A stretch of 64,000 nucleotides of DNA from Gammaproteobacteria bacterium (GCA_965243205.1 CBDEUK010000002.1:1184001-1248000); one strand, 5' to 3'; positions 21,727-33,366 are shown, counted from the first letter of the stretch. The notes: generated by a model not told the origin, from the letters alone. Numbers and translations are program-made.

Positions 21727-22932
21727 ATGAATATGTTAAATGAAGAAATCTCTGATATGAATTACGCTGTACAAAAGCAGCTAACGAAATTCATTCATGC
21801 GTTATCTGGTATACGTTCATTGAGTAATATTGAGATTGGAGATTGCTTGGAGCACGAGCTTTATCGTTCTATTGTAAAAGCGGTATTAACAAATATTGAT
21901 ATGGATAGTTGTTCTATTTTTCTTTATGAGGATGAAAAATTCAAATGCGTTGCTGGAATTTCTTGGGACGATAGAAATCAGAACAATATCATTCGATTAT
22001 CAAATTCAAGTCATACCTTTAATAAATCTGAAGGTATCATTGGCCAATGTGCTGATAATAAAACGTTAGTACATATTAAAGATTGCTCTGAAGAACCAAA
22101 ATATAAATTATTTGGTGATGGTGTTTACAGTAAAGCTAAAGGTTCTCTAATTTGCACACCTCTCATATCAAATAAAAAATTCATTGGTGTTTTAAATACT
22201 TCACATCCATATGCTGATTTTTTTGAACCATGGCATGAAAAAGTCATTATGACTTATGCAAACTTCATAGCTAAATTGATTATGAATCATCGTATGTTTC
22301 ATTCAATGGAAGCAGAGATATATTCTCAAACACGTGAATTACAATCTGCTCTACGTGAATCTGAAAATTTGAAACAGCGGTATCAAGAACTATCATCCAT
22401 AGATTATTTAACTGAATTGCATAACCGTCGTTATTTCTTTCCAGAATTAGTGAAAAGTATTTCTAATGGTAAACGACACAATCAACCACTATCATTATTA
22501 GTATTGGATTTAGATTCGTTTAAACTAGTGAATGATACTTATGGGCATGAATTGGGTGACGCAGTATTGATTGGCGTCAGTCAGTTATTAAAACGACAGA
22601 TCCGAAAAGGCGATTTATTAGCACGCCTTGGCGGTGAAGAATTTGTTATTGCCCTAGTTAATACAGATACCCAAGGTGCCATTCAGTTTGCTGAACGACT
22701 TCGTGTCATGATCAGTGAATTAAAATGGTCTTATCAAAACAAATCTATTCAAATAACTACTTGTATTGGCATTAGTTCTTTAAATCATGATGATGAAAAT
22801 GTTGAAAATATATCAAGAACTTTAGTTGCTGATGCTGACAAAGCACTTTATTACTGCAAAGAAAATGGTCGTGACCAAATCAAAGCCCATAGCGATTTGG
22901 AATACGCGAGTAGTGATAGTAATATTCACTAA
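21727..22932 (+). CDS. GAF-sensor diguanylate cyclase
   Basis: GAF (GIIG..,[13 protein letters not shown]), coiled coil, [10 protein letters not shown], RxxD I-site (RKGD), GGEEF. Confidence 0.92.
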   Translation: MNMLNEEISDMNYAVQKQLTKFIHALSGIRSLSNIEIGDCLEHELYRSIVKAVLTNIDMDSCSIFLYEDEKFKCVAGISWDDRNQNNIIRLSNSSHTFNKSEGIIGQCADNKTLVHIKDCSEEPKYKLFGDGVYSKAKGSLICTPLISNKKFIGVLNTSHPYADFFEPWHEKVIMTYANFIAKLIMNHRMFHSMEAEIYSQTRELQSALRESENLKQRYQELSSIDYLTELHNRRYFFPELVKSISNGKRHNQPLSLLVLDLDSFKLVNDTYGHELGDAVLIGVSQLLKRQIRKGDLLARLGGEEFVIALVNTDTQGAIQFAERLRVMISELKWSYQNKSIQITTCIGISSLNHDDENVENISRTLVADADKALYYCKENGRDQIKAHSDLEYASSDSNIH

Positions 22933-22958
22933 ACGATTCATTACTATGCTCATTTTTG

Positions 22959-25046
22959 ATGCAAAAAGAAAAAGGCTTAAACGCACTTAAAGAAGAAACC
23001 AGCCCTTATTTACTTCAGCACGCTGAAAATCCAGTACATTGGTTCCCTTGGTCAGAACAAGCTCTGACACTTGCGAAAGAACAAAACAAACCGATTCTTT
23101 TATCCATTGGCTATTCTGCATGTCATTGGTGTCATGTAATGGCACATGAATCCTTTGAAGACGAAGAAACAGCAGAATTAATGAATACGTATTTCATTAA
23201 TATCAAAGTTGATCGAGAAGAACGACCTGATATTGATAGCATCTATCAAAAAGCTCAACAACTGTTAACACAACGGACTGGCGGCTGGCCTTTAACCATG
23301 TTTTTAACACCCGATGATCATATACCTTTTTTTGGTGGTACCTATTTTCCTAAAGAAGCAAAGTTTGGTTTGCCGTCTTTTAAAGAACTACTTATAAATA
23401 TTTCAAATTTTTATTTAACTCGCGAAGATGATATACGTAAGCAAAATGCTTCTTTTCAAAGTGCGTTAAGTCGATTTGAAGTCAACAGTTCAAATATAGA
23501 ACAATCGATTAATGAAGAACCTCTTCAAGAAGCCTATTATCAATTACAACAATCGTTTGATCATGCTTACGGTGGATTTGGGCAGGCACCTAAATTTCCT
23601 CATCCAAGTAATATAGAACGTTTATTACTACATGCATTTTCAGTCAATGAGAAAGATGAATCTCAACAAGCCATGCAAATGGCATTATTCACTTTAGAAA
23701 AAATGGCTATCGGTGGAATTTACGATCATGTTGGTGGTGGTTTTTCCCGTTATTCCGTTGATCAATATTGGATGATTCCTCATTTTGAAAAAATGCTTTA
23801 TGACAATGGGCCATTATTATATTTATATGTGAGTGTATGGAATATAACCGGCTTCTCATTTTTTAAAAACGTAACTGAAGAAACCGCTGATTGGATCATA
23901 AAAGAAATGCAATCAGACGAAGGTGGTTATTATTCTGCATTAGATGCAGACTCAGAAGGCGAAGAGGGGAAATATTATGTCTGGCAACGAGATGACATTC
24001 AAAATATCTTGGATAAAAATACCTTTGAATTATTTGCACATACATATGGCTTAAATCATGAACCTAATTTTGAAGGCAAATGGCATTTATACTTAAAAAA
24101 TAATCTCGAAGAAACAGCAACTCATTTCAAAAAAGATGTACTTGAATGCAAAGAATTAATATCAAACTGTAAAACACGTTTATATGAAAAACGTGAACAA
24201 CGTATTCGACCAGGTTTAGATGATAAAATACTTGGATCATGGAATGGACTCATGGTCAAAGGTATGGCTCAAGCAGGACGACTGCTTAATAATGAATCCT
24301 ATATAAACTCTGCAAGCAAAGCGTTAGATTTTATAATAGATAATTTATGGAAAAATGCACGGTTACTAGCGACCTATAAAGATGGTAAAGCACATTTAAA
24401 TGCTTACTTAGATGATTATGCATTTTTAATCGATGCCTGTTTACAACTCTTACAAGCAAAATGGAATTCAAGATATTTAACTTTTGCTACTCAATTAGCT
24501 GAAACATTAATCGAACAATTCTATGATGAAGAAAATGGTGGGTTCTTTTTTACAAGCCATGATCATGAAAAACTGATTAATCGAGAAAAACCATATATGG
24601 ATAATGCAACGCCAGCAGGTAATGGCATTGCTTGTATTACTTTACAACGTTTAGGTCATTTAGTTGGCGAAACTAAGTACAATGATGTCGTCGAAAATAC
24701 CTTAAAAGCATCGTGGTCATCCATCAATTCTTATCCATCAGCACACAATACTTTGCTACAAGCCTTACAAGAATATTTAGAACCACCTCAAACAATTATT
24801 CTTCGTGGTGAACAAAAAACTATGCAGCAATGGCAACAAAATATTTTAGAAAAAACATTTTCATTATCAACATTGGTATTTTGCATTGATAAAGAAATGA
24901 AAAATTTACCTGAAATCATTCAAGCAAGATCCGCTGACTCAGAATGCACTGCCTATTTATGTAAGGGGCATAGTTGTTTACCGCCATTTAACAATATAGA
25001 AAAGTTGTTAGAAAGTTTAAACACAATCTCAAAGTCACCACCCTAA
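22959..25046 (+). CDS. Thioredoxin-domain protein of the YyaL/SSP411 family
   Basis: [43 protein letters not shown]. Confidence 0.94.
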   Translation: MQKEKGLNALKEETSPYLLQHAENPVHWFPWSEQALTLAKEQNKPILLSIGYSACHWCHVMAHESFEDEETAELMNTYFINIKVDREERPDIDSIYQKAQQLLTQRTGGWPLTMFLTPDDHIPFFGGTYFPKEAKFGLPSFKELLINISNFYLTREDDIRKQNASFQSALSRFEVNSSNIEQSINEEPLQEAYYQLQQSFDHAYGGFGQAPKFPHPSNIERLLLHAFSVNEKDESQQAMQMALFTLEKMAIGGIYDHVGGGFSRYSVDQYWMIPHFEKMLYDNGPLLYLYVSVWNITGFSFFKNVTEETADWIIKEMQSDEGGYYSALDADSEGEEGKYYVWQRDDIQNILDKNTFELFAHTYGLNHEPNFEGKWHLYLKNNLEETATHFKKDVLECKELISNCKTRLYEKREQRIRPGLDDKILGSWNGLMVKGMAQAGRLLNNESYINSASKALDFIIDNLWKNARLLATYKDGKAHLNAYLDDYAFLIDACLQLLQAKWNSRYLTFATQLAETLIEQFYDEENGGFFFTSHDHEKLINREKPYMDNATPAGNGIACITLQRLGHLVGETKYNDVVENTLKASWSSINSYPSAHNTLLQALQEYLEPPQTIILRGEQKTMQQWQQNILEKTFSLSTLVFCIDKEMKNLPEIIQARSADSECTAYLCKGHSCLPPFNNIEKLLESLNTISKSPP

Positions 25047-25092
25047 ACTCTTTTATTTTCTGACTTGAAATAACGCTCGATTTGCCTTATGC

Positions 25093-25101
25093 TGCGCCGC
25101 A
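25093..25101. promoter_or_regulatory. TGCRNYGCA palindrome upstream of pckG
   Basis: atgcTGCGCCGCAata; the same motif recurs at 31103, 31133 and 63866. Confidence 0.55.
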
Positions 25102-25157
25102 ATAGTTGGTATTGAATTAGATTCATTTATTGCTCAATTAACAACTATTATATACAT

Positions 25158-25281
25158 ACAGCTCCTGGGCAGATGTGCCGGTGCTATAGTAAGTTTGGTT
25201 GCGTGCTAATAGTTTTGAAAAAAACTCAAGCCAAAACCATAGCCAAGTAGTGTCTGTTGCTCTGTACCTGGAACTGTTTTT
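25158..25281 (+). ncRNA. Candidate structured leader or small RNA upstream of pckG
   Basis: Nested pairings 25158-25173/25261-25277, 25183-25187/25239-25243, 25194-25200/25229-25235, agtttt-GAAA-aaaact, followed by a T-tract. Confidence 0.4.
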
Positions 25282-25313
25282 AATCAACTAACAGTTAATT
25301 GGTGAAGGTGAAG

Positions 25314-27119
25314 ATGAATACAGAAAACCAAAAACTGCTGGCATGGGTAAACCAAATTGCCAACTTATGTAACCCCGATAATATCCACTGGTGTGATGGC
25401 TCTCAAAACGAATGGGAAGCTATGTGTAATCTCATGGTAGAAGCCGGCACAGCAAAACAACTCAATACTGAAAAACGTCCTAACAGTTATTACGTCCGTT
25501 CTACCCCTGAAGATGTTGCTCGCGTCGAAGACCGGACTTTTATTTGTTCTCAAAACCAAGATGATGCTGGACCAAATAATAATTGGTGTGAACCAAAAAC
25601 TATGCGACAAACATTAAGCAATCTTTTTAATGGTTGTATGCAAGGTCGAACCATGTACGTCATTCCTTTTTGCATGGGCCCCATCGGTTCTAATATTTCA
25701 CAAATTGGTATTGAGATTTCCGATTCACCCTATGTTGTTGCAAACATGCACATCATGACACGCGTTGGTGAACCAGTACTTAAAGCATTAGGTACAGATG
25801 GTGACTTTGTACCTTGCATTCATTCTGTTGGGGTTCCGTTATCTGAAAATGAAATTGATGTTGCATGGCCTTGCAACCCTGATAATCGTTATATTATTCA
25901 CTTTCCCGAGTCACGTGAAATTTGGTCTTATGGTTCAGGTTATGGTGGTAATGCCCTATTAGGCAAAAAGTGTTTTGCACTTCGAATAGCCTCTACCATG
26001 GCAAGAGATGAAGGTTGGTTAGCTGAACATATGTTGATCTTAAAACTGACGAATCAAAACAATGAAGTTAAATACATAGCGGCTGCATTTCCAAGTGCGT
26101 GTGGGAAAACCAATTTAGCGATGTTAATACCAACCATTCCCGGTTGGAAAGTTGAAACAATCGGTGATGATATTTGTTGGATGAAATTTGGTGATGATGG
26201 ACAACTTTACGCAATTAACCCAGAAGCTGGTTTTTTTGGTGTTGCACCTGGTACAGGCATGAACTCAAACGCTAATGCAATGTTAGCCATGAGTAAAAAT
26301 ACAATCTTTACCAATGTTGCAGAAACAGATGATGGAGATGTGTGGTGGGAAGGCATGACAACACAATCACCAAAACACTTAATCGATTGGCAAGGTAATG
26401 ATTGGACTCCAAAATCAGAATCGGTAGCAGCACATGCCAATGCTCGATTTACAACCCCTGCTGTTCAATGTCCAACGATCGCTGATGAATGGGACGATCC
26501 GAAAGGTGTTCCAATCAGTGCTATTTTATTCGGTGGTAGACGTGCATCCGTTGTTCCACTTGTAACAGAAGCATTTGACTGGGAACATGGGACATTTATG
26601 GGAACGATCATCGCTTCTGAAATGACGGCTGCAGCGTTTGGTACTATCGGCAAATTACGTCGCGACCCAATGGCCATGTTGCCATTTTGTGGCTACAACA
26701 TGGCTGACTACTGGAATCATTGGTTAAGCATTGGTAAAAAAGTTGATGCCAAGCTGCCTAAAATCTTTTATGTAAACTGGTTTCGTAAAGATAAAGAAAG
26801 AAAATTTATGTGGCCGGGCTTTGGAGAAAACAGCCGAGTATTAAAATGGATATTTGATCGTTGTAATGGTACAGCGAATGCTGTTGATACAGAGATTGGT
26901 AGAATGCCTTTAATTAACGATATAGATTTTAGTAATCTTGATGTCACTGCTGATAATGCCATTAAACTTTTGAGTGTCGATGTTGATGGTTGGCTTTCAG
27001 AGTTACCTGATATCGAAAACTACTATGCAAAATTTGGTGAACGATTACCTAAAGAACTCAATAAACAAATACAAATGTTACGTTCACGTTTAATGGACAA
27101 TAAACAAGCTGTTGCTTAA
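25314..27119 (+). CDS. pckG: Phosphoenolpyruvate carboxykinase (GTP)
   Basis: [42 protein letters not shown]; start MNTEN at 25314. Confidence 0.96.
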   Translation: MNTENQKLLAWVNQIANLCNPDNIHWCDGSQNEWEAMCNLMVEAGTAKQLNTEKRPNSYYVRSTPEDVARVEDRTFICSQNQDDAGPNNNWCEPKTMRQTLSNLFNGCMQGRTMYVIPFCMGPIGSNISQIGIEISDSPYVVANMHIMTRVGEPVLKALGTDGDFVPCIHSVGVPLSENEIDVAWPCNPDNRYIIHFPESREIWSYGSGYGGNALLGKKCFALRIASTMARDEGWLAEHMLILKLTNQNNEVKYIAAAFPSACGKTNLAMLIPTIPGWKVETIGDDICWMKFGDDGQLYAINPEAGFFGVAPGTGMNSNANAMLAMSKNTIFTNVAETDDGDVWWEGMTTQSPKHLIDWQGNDWTPKSESVAAHANARFTTPAVQCPTIADEWDDPKGVPISAILFGGRRASVVPLVTEAFDWEHGTFMGTIIASEMTAAAFGTIGKLRRDPMAMLPFCGYNMADYWNHWLSIGKKVDAKLPKIFYVNWFRKDKERKFMWPGFGENSRVLKWIFDRCNGTANAVDTEIGRMPLINDIDFSNLDVTADNAIKLLSVDVDGWLSELPDIENYYAKFGERLPKELNKQIQMLRSRLMDNKQAVA

Positions 27120-27141
27120 ATCTATTCTCTTTATCTAGTAC

Positions 27142-27174
27142 TATCCCGCTACTTATATATAAAGCAGCGGGATA
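27142..27174. terminator. Hairpin between the convergent pckG and SDR genes
   Basis: tatcccgct/agcgggata inverted repeat. Confidence 0.65.
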
Positions 27175-27190
27175 ATAAATCCTTTAAGTA

Positions 27191-27934
27191 TTAGCCTTCC
27201 ATCAAATTAGCTTCAACAATATTTTTTGCGAATGTAGAGTATTGTTCTTCAAACATTTTAGCCATACTATCTGGAAACGCATGAAACTCACCGGCTTTTA
27301 AAGCAGAAATAATACTTTCACTTACCAAAGAGCTTGGTTCAGCAATTTCTCCTAAGCCTGCATTGTTTGCCATATCAGTATCAATAGGTCCCGGATGTAC
27401 ACTCACTACATGTGTTCCTTGTTCGGCGAGTTTATCTTTTAAACCTTGCGTCAATGAATAAGCCGCTGCTTTAGAAGCAGAATAAGTTGCAAAATCTGCA
27501 AAGTTTTTCATCGAGGCAACTGAATTCAATTGCACAAACGCACCTCCACCATTCTGTTTTAAGATCGGTGCAAACGCTTGTGCTATGTGTATAAGACCAT
27601 AAACATTTACATCGACTTCTTTTTGAAACGCATCAACGGCATTCTCAGATAAAGGTGATGCCGTTTCTAAAATCCCAGCATTATTAATTACTAAATCAAC
27701 ATCACTTGCAGTATTAGCTGCCGCTTTAATGGTATCTGGTTTTGACATATCAACGTATATTGGCACAACCTTATTGCCATGCGCTGCAACTAATGCTTGC
27801 GCACTATCGATGTTACGAACCGCTGCATACACTTTACTCGCACCATGCTCGATAAGTGATTCAACAATGGATTTTCCAATACCACGATTGGCACCTGTTA
27901 CTAATGCTGCTTTATTACTTACATTAAAACTCAT
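27191..27934 (-). CDS. Short-chain dehydrogenase/reductase
   Basis: [24 protein letters not shown]. Confidence 0.93.
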   Translation of the reverse strand: MSFNVSNKAALVTGANRGIGKSIVESLIEHGASKVYAAVRNIDSAQALVAAHGNKVVPIYVDMSKPDTIKAAANTASDVDLVINNAGILETASPLSENAVDAFQKEVDVNVYGLIHIAQAFAPILKQNGGGAFVQLNSVASMKNFADFATYSASKAAAYSLTQGLKDKLAEQGTHVVSVHPGPIDTDMANNAGLGEIAEPSSLVSESIISALKAGEFHAFPDSMAKMFEEQYSTFAKNIVEANLMEG

Positions 27935-27970
27935 AACTATTTCTCCTAATTATTAATTGAACAATAAAAA

Positions 27971-28831
27971 TTAAAATCGGTTATTTTCAAAATCATTAAA
28001 AGCTTGAATGATTTGTTCACGCGTATTCATTACAAACGGTCCTCCACGCGCGATGGGTTCGTTTAATGGCCTTGCAGCTACAAATAAAAATTGTGCATCT
28101 TGATTCGCAACGACATCAACTTGATCGCCTTGTTGTAATACCCCTAATTGCTTTGCATCTAGACGTCTTTTGTCATCACCTACTAATAAGCTGCCTGAAA
28201 TAACATAGATAAAAACGTTATCTTGGTTATCAATTTGTTGTGTAAAGCTGTGCTCTGTTTTTAGTATCACATCAAAAAAATGTGGATAAACGAAATGATT
28301 GTTTATGGGTCCTTGGGTACCTTGATTGGTTTGTCCTGCAATGACTTTAATCGTCGAACCGTCTTGATTCGATTCTAAACTAAGAGCACTTTTTCCAAAC
28401 TCTTTATAAACAGGTTCTGTCATCTTGTGACTAGCAGGTAAATTTACCCATAGTTGAAAACCATGTAATAAACCATTTTCTTGTTCAGGCATCTCTGAAT
28501 GAATAATACCTTTGCCGGCTGTCATCCATTGCACACCACCTGCTTCGATCACACCTTCATTGCCTGCATTATCTTTATGGCGCATACGACCATTAAGTAG
28601 ATAGGTAACTGTTTCAAAACCACGATGCGGATGACTCGGAAAACCACCAATGTAATCAGTGTTATCATCACTCTCGAACACATCCAATAATAAAAACGGA
28701 TCTAGTGTATTTAATTCAGACGTACCGAGCATACGAGTAAGCTTTACTCCTGCGCCATCATTTGTTGCTTCACCATTGGTAATAAAACGTAACTCTCTTG
28801 TTGTCGCGGTTATTTGTTTTGCAGTATCCAT
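27971..28831 (-). CDS. Pirin family protein
   Basis: DPFLLLD, GFPSHPHRGFETVTY, WMTAGKGIIHSE, GPFVMNT; ATG 28831 with SD GGAGG. Confidence 0.95.
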   Translation of the reverse strand: MDTAKQITATTRELRFITNGEATNDGAGVKLTRMLGTSELNTLDPFLLLDVFESDDNTDYIGGFPSHPHRGFETVTYLLNGRMRHKDNAGNEGVIEAGGVQWMTAGKGIIHSEMPEQENGLLHGFQLWVNLPASHKMTEPVYKEFGKSALSLESNQDGSTIKVIAGQTNQGTQGPINNHFVYPHFFDVILKTEHSFTQQIDNQDNVFIYVISGSLLVGDDKRRLDAKQLGVLQQGDQVDVVANQDAQFLFVAARPLNEPIARGGPFVMNTREQIIQAFNDFENNRF

Positions 28832-28887
28832 AACAACCTCCAAAATTGACTCTCATTCATTAATTGTTGATAAGTTTATTAGTTGAC

Positions 28888-28941
28888 AATTAGTGAATAA
28901 AGATTAAATTAGTGAATTAATTGTTTACTAAAAGAGAACAA
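28888..28941. promoter_or_regulatory. Probable LysR-type control region of the divergent pirin/LysR pair
   Basis: Direct repeat aattagtgaat (28888, 28907) and inverted repeat ttgtt-N11-aacaa (28921-28941). Confidence 0.45.
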
Positions 28942-28945
28942 TGAT

Positions 28946-29854
28946 ATGGGTCAACTAGAAGACATGGGATTATTTATTCGGATTATTGAGGCTGGCAGCA
29001 TCAGCAAAGCCGCTGAACAATTGAATCTAGCTAAGTCAGCGGTCAGTAAACGCTTGAATGAACTAGAAATTCGACTGGGCACTAAATTGATAAACCGAAC
29101 TACCCGAACCTCAAATTTAACCGAAGCTGGAAAACTCTACTACGAACGAGCCAACCAAATTATAGATGATGTTGCTGAGTTAAACGGTCAAACTTCTGAG
29201 GATAAAACAGAATTAAAAGGCATGATCAACTTAGCCGCGCCTTTATCATTTGGTCTTTGTCATTTATCGAAAGCGATCGATATCTTTTTAAAACAACATC
29301 CAACAATTTCTATCAATATAGATTTTTCTGATAGACAAATTGATTTAATCGAAGAAGGTTTGGATTTAGCATTTCGTATCACTCGTGAACTGAATGATTC
29401 GACATTAATTGCCCATCGCATAGCACCGATAAAAATGATGATATGTGCAAGTCCAGACTATATAAAAAAATATGGTGAACCAAACTGTCATCGTGACTTA
29501 ACTGAACATCGATTATTACGATTTAACTTAGTATCACCAAAGTGGTTGTTAACTGATCCAGCAGGTAAAGAGCACACCTTGCATATCAATGCAGATATCG
29601 CAGCAAACAATGGAGACTTTCTACATCGTATGGCAGTTTCAGGACATGGCATTGTTATATTGCCAACTTTTCTATCGTGGAGATCCATCGCAACAAATGA
29701 TTTAGTTCAACTTTTACCTGGATATACCATCAGCCCTTTAACAGCATATGCCGTTTATCCTCAAAATCGTTATCTATCCAAACGTACTCGGGTATTTATT
29801 GAATTTCTAAAAGAACATTTTGGTGATAATCCTTATTGGGATCAGGCTTTATAA
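28946..29854 (+). CDS. LysR-family regulator (CrgA/DmlR-like)
   Basis: N-terminal wHTH (GSISKAAEQL..SAVSKRL..LE.RLG..L.NRTTR), DLIEEGLDLAFRI. Confidence 0.95.
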   Translation: MGQLEDMGLFIRIIEAGSISKAAEQLNLAKSAVSKRLNELEIRLGTKLINRTTRTSNLTEAGKLYYERANQIIDDVAELNGQTSEDKTELKGMINLAAPLSFGLCHLSKAIDIFLKQHPTISINIDFSDRQIDLIEEGLDLAFRITRELNDSTLIAHRIAPIKMMICASPDYIKKYGEPNCHRDLTEHRLLRFNLVSPKWLLTDPAGKEHTLHINADIAANNGDFLHRMAVSGHGIVILPTFLSWRSIATNDLVQLLPGYTISPLTAYAVYPQNRYLSKRTRVFIEFLKEHFGDNPYWDQAL

Positions 29855-29917
29855 AAAAATATAAAACTAATAAGAACTAAAATTCAATGAATCTACAGCA
29901 GATCAGATAGTAATTAT

Positions 29918-31078
29918 TTATAGCTTCTTTAATGAGTAAGCGTAAGCCCACTCTAACCAAGGCAATAATTTTTCTAAATCCATTTTCTCAACCGTTGGGC
30001 CGCTCCAAACTCGTAAACCAACAGGAGCTTTGCGATAAGCGGAAATATCATAAGCAACGTCTTCTTGTTCTAACACTGTTACCATTGAATTGATAAACGT
30101 TTTTTGTGCAGTTTCATCTAAAGCTTTAAACGCATTTGAAACTATTTTTAAACATAATGATGTATTGGAATAAGTACCGTGATCATTAGGTAACCAATCA
30201 ATCCAATCAGTATCTCTAACCCATTCGTTAATCACTTGGAAGTTTTTATCGCACCGTTGAATTAAATTTTCTAAACCTCCAATTGACTCTGCCCAGTCTA
30301 AACTAGAGTGCAAATCTTCAACCGCCAATAAGCTTTGTGTATTCAACGTTGAACCAATAAATGTTTCTTTATTAAACACACCGTCTTCCGTTATTCGAAA
30401 ATTTTTGGGGATTGGTCTATCAGGTTTAAAAGTTTCAAACCGTTGAATTGCATTAGGACTTAAGGCCAACATGCCATAGCCAGCTTCGCCGCCTAAAGCT
30501 TTTTGCCATGACCATGTCACGACATCTAACTTTGAATAATCTAATTCATTGGCAAACACAGCTGACGTTGCATCACAAATAGTTAATCCTGTGCGTTCAC
30601 TTTGGATCCAGTCTAAATTCGGTACTCGAACACCACTCGTTGTTCCGTTGTAAACAAATACACAATCACGATTAGGATTGGCCAATGATAGATCTGAAAT
30701 ATCACCATACTCCGCACGATAAATATTCACATCGTCTAGCTGCAGCTCACGCTCTATATCATAAGCCCAATCATTGGAAAAACTTTCCCAAACAAAGGCA
30801 TCAACTCCCCTCTCGCCAAGCAGATTCCATAAAGCCAATTCAAACGCACCAGTATTCGAACCTGGGATCACAGCCATGCCCCAATCACCAGGAAGTTGCA
30901 TCAACTTTGAAGAACGTTGAATTGCTTGATGAATTCTAGCCTGGGCAGTTTTCGAACGATGGTTACGTCCCAACACATCTAATTGAAACGTTTTAGGATC
31001 CCAGCCTGAATGTTTACGGCACGGCCCACAGGAAAAACGTGGGTTATCTGGCTTTATTGTTGGTTTTTTAGCATTCAT
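29918..31078 (-). CDS. serC: Phosphoserine aminotransferase of the alphaproteobacterial/Methanosarcina type (divergent)
   Basis: KP..KP.NPRFS.GPC.K..GW, NGTTSGVRVP, DATSAVF, PLP Lys in SWQKALGGE, GLRVWSG. Confidence 0.82.
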   Translation of the reverse strand: MNAKKPTIKPDNPRFSCGPCRKHSGWDPKTFQLDVLGRNHRSKTAQARIHQAIQRSSKLMQLPGDWGMAVIPGSNTGAFELALWNLLGERGVDAFVWESFSNDWAYDIERELQLDDVNIYRAEYGDISDLSLANPNRDCVFVYNGTTSGVRVPNLDWIQSERTGLTICDATSAVFANELDYSKLDVVTWSWQKALGGEAGYGMLALSPNAIQRFETFKPDRPIPKNFRITEDGVFNKETFIGSTLNTQSLLAVEDLHSSLDWAESIGGLENLIQRCDKNFQVINEWVRDTDWIDWLPNDHGTYSNTSLCLKIVSNAFKALDETAQKTFINSMVTVLEQEDVAYDISAYRKAPVGLRVWSGPTVEKMDLEKLLPWLEWAYAYSLKKL

Positions 31079-31102
31079 TTAAAGATATTACACAATCTAT
31101 AT

Positions 31103-31141
31103 TGCATCGCACAAATTTCTATTCTATTATGTTGCATTGCA
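31103..31141. promoter_or_regulatory. Two TGCRNYGCA palindromes in the serC/glcB divergent promoter
   Basis: TGCATCGCA(CAA) at 31103-31111 and (ATGT)TGCATTGCA at 31133-31141, centres 30 bp apart. Confidence 0.6.
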
Positions 31142-31188
31142 TTATTTTGAAACAAATTATCTTACACGAAGAAGAAGGTAGTGAGGAT

Positions 31189-33366
31189 ATGACAAACAAT
31201 AAAACCCCATATAAAAAACTGGGGCAGCTTAGTATTGCCCAAACTCTTTATGACTTTGTAGAACAAGAGCTCATTCCAGAGACTGAGGTTGGAATCGAGA
31301 AGTTCTGGTCATCCCTAGAACACATCATTGATCAAATAGAACCCAGAAATTCTGAACTATTGGCATTTCGCGATGAACTACAAACTAACATTGATCAATG
31401 GCATAAAAACAATCCTAATCATGACCATGAAGCATACAAATCCTATCTGCAAGAGATAGGCTATTTAGTAGAACCCCCAGCCGATTTCCAAATTGATACA
31501 AATAATCTAGACAAAGAAATTGCTGAAGTCGCAGGACCGCAATTAGTCGTTCCATTAGACAACGCGCGTTATGTACTAAACGCTGCTAATGCCCGTTGGG
31601 GTAGTTTATACGATGCCTTTTACAGCACCGATACCATTACCGAAGCCAATGGTTGTCGGAAGATAAAAAAATACAATCCCATCCGTGGTGAACGTGTTAT
31701 TGAACGCACTCGCCATTTTCTCGATCGTCACTTTGCACTAGAACGTGATACACATAAACATGTTGTTTTATATTTTGTAAAAAATCAACAACTGCATGTT
31801 GAGTTTGGTGATGGAACAGGAACGACTTTATTAAAACCCGATCAATTTATTGGCTACACAGGTGCAGCAGAAAAACCCGATTCCGTTTTGCTCAAACATC
31901 ATGGTTTACATGTCGAAATAAAATTTGGTGAAGGTTACTTTATAGGCCGTCGCGATCACGCCAATGTTTATGATGTTCAAATTGAATCCGCATTAACTAC
32001 CATTATGGATTGTGAAGATTCAGTCGCATCTGTTGATACCGAAGACAAACTAAAAGTATATCGCAATTGGTTAGGCTTAATGAAAGGAACATTAGTTGAA
32101 ACGGTTACGAAGGAAGACGACACTTTTGAACGTAAACTAGAACCTGACAGAGAATATACGGATCCTTATGGCAAACCTATAAGCTGTCATGGTCGTAGTT
32201 TAATGTTAGTACGTAATGTAGGCATGCATTTAAATACCGATGCCGTTTTACTTAACGATGAACCAATTCCAGAAACCTTGTTGGATTGCATGGTCACAGC
32301 ACTTGCCGCTAAACATCAAATACTAGGTAACACTAAACATAAAAATTCTCGTGCAGGTTCAGTGTATATTGTTAAACCAAAAATGCATGGGCCAGATGAA
32401 GTTGCATTAGCTAATGAATTGTTTGCAATGGTTGAGGACGCTCTTGATATGGATCGCTATACATTAAAAATGGGGATTATGGATGAAGAACGAAGGACCT
32501 CATTAAATTTAAAAGCGTGTATTCATTCGGCTAAACAACGTGTGGTCTTTATTAATACGGGTTTCTTGGATCGTACTGGTGATGATATTCATACCAGCAT
32601 GGAAGCTGGACCTATGGTACCTAAAGAAGAGATTAAACATGCTGAATGGTTAAGTGCTTATGAAGCCTCAAACGTTCAAGTCGGTTTAGATTGCGGCTTA
32701 ATGGGTAAAGCACAAATTGGTAAGGGTATGTATGCCATGCCTGATCTCTTAAACAATATGATGAAAACTAAAATTAGTCATTTAAAAGCAGGGGCAAATA
32801 CTTCCTGGGTACCATCACCTATCGCCGCCACATTGCATGCCATTCATTATCATCGTTTAAATGTTCAATCGCGGCAATATGCTTTAATGCAAACACTGCA
32901 TGAAAATTATATTGATGGCATATTAACGATTCCATTAATGGATCCTGATCGTAAACTGACCGAAAATGAAATTCGTCATGAAATCGAAAACAATGCTCAA
33001 GGTATTTTAGGCTATGTTTCTCGATGGGTAGGACAAGGCATCGGTTGTTCTAAAGTGCCTGATATCAATGATATTGCATTAATGGAAGATTGTGCGACTT
33101 TACGAATCTCTAGCCAACACATAGCAAACTGGTTACATCATGGTATCGCGACTAAAGACGATGTTGAAACTGCAATGAAACGTATGGCAGTAATTGTTGA
33201 TAGACAAAATCGTAATGATCCAAATTATCAAGCAATGTCAGATAAGTTTGAAAACAGTATTCCATTCCAAGCCGCAATGGATTTAGTGTTTAAAGGCAGA
33301 CAACAAGCCAACGGTTATACAGAATTCATTTTGTATGAGCGTCGTAAAGAAATGAAGGCGGTTTAA
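31189..33366 (+). CDS. glcB: Malate synthase G (divergent)
   Basis: AGPQLVVP, NAANARWGSLYDA, GRSL..VRNVG, VKPKMHGP, MDEERRT, INTGFLDRTGD, GCSKVPDI; ATG 31189 with SD GAGG gives 725 aa. Confidence 0.9.
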   Translation: MTNNKTPYKKLGQLSIAQTLYDFVEQELIPETEVGIEKFWSSLEHIIDQIEPRNSELLAFRDELQTNIDQWHKNNPNHDHEAYKSYLQEIGYLVEPPADFQIDTNNLDKEIAEVAGPQLVVPLDNARYVLNAANARWGSLYDAFYSTDTITEANGCRKIKKYNPIRGERVIERTRHFLDRHFALERDTHKHVVLYFVKNQQLHVEFGDGTGTTLLKPDQFIGYTGAAEKPDSVLLKHHGLHVEIKFGEGYFIGRRDHANVYDVQIESALTTIMDCEDSVASVDTEDKLKVYRNWLGLMKGTLVETVTKEDDTFERKLEPDREYTDPYGKPISCHGRSLMLVRNVGMHLNTDAVLLNDEPIPETLLDCMVTALAAKHQILGNTKHKNSRAGSVYIVKPKMHGPDEVALANELFAMVEDALDMDRYTLKMGIMDEERRTSLNLKACIHSAKQRVVFINTGFLDRTGDDIHTSMEAGPMVPKEEIKHAEWLSAYEASNVQVGLDCGLMGKAQIGKGMYAMPDLLNNMMKTKISHLKAGANTSWVPSPIAATLHAIHYHRLNVQSRQYALMQTLHENYIDGILTIPLMDPDRKLTENEIRHEIENNAQGILGYVSRWVGQGIGCSKVPDINDIALMEDCATLRISSQHIANWLHHGIATKDDVETAMKRMAVIVDRQNRNDPNYQAMSDKFENSIPFQAAMDLVFKGRQQANGYTEFILYERRKEMKAV

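Noticed and set aside
25158-25281. SRP (4.5S) or 6S RNA identity for the pckG leader rod
   Set aside because: No SRP helix-8 motif (CAGG...GGAA...AGCA) on either strand; too short and in the wrong context for 6S RNA
31102-31188. 29-aa N-terminal extension of GlcB from a TTG
   Set aside because: ATG 31189 has an SD and gives normal length; the upstream stretch holds the operator-like palindromes
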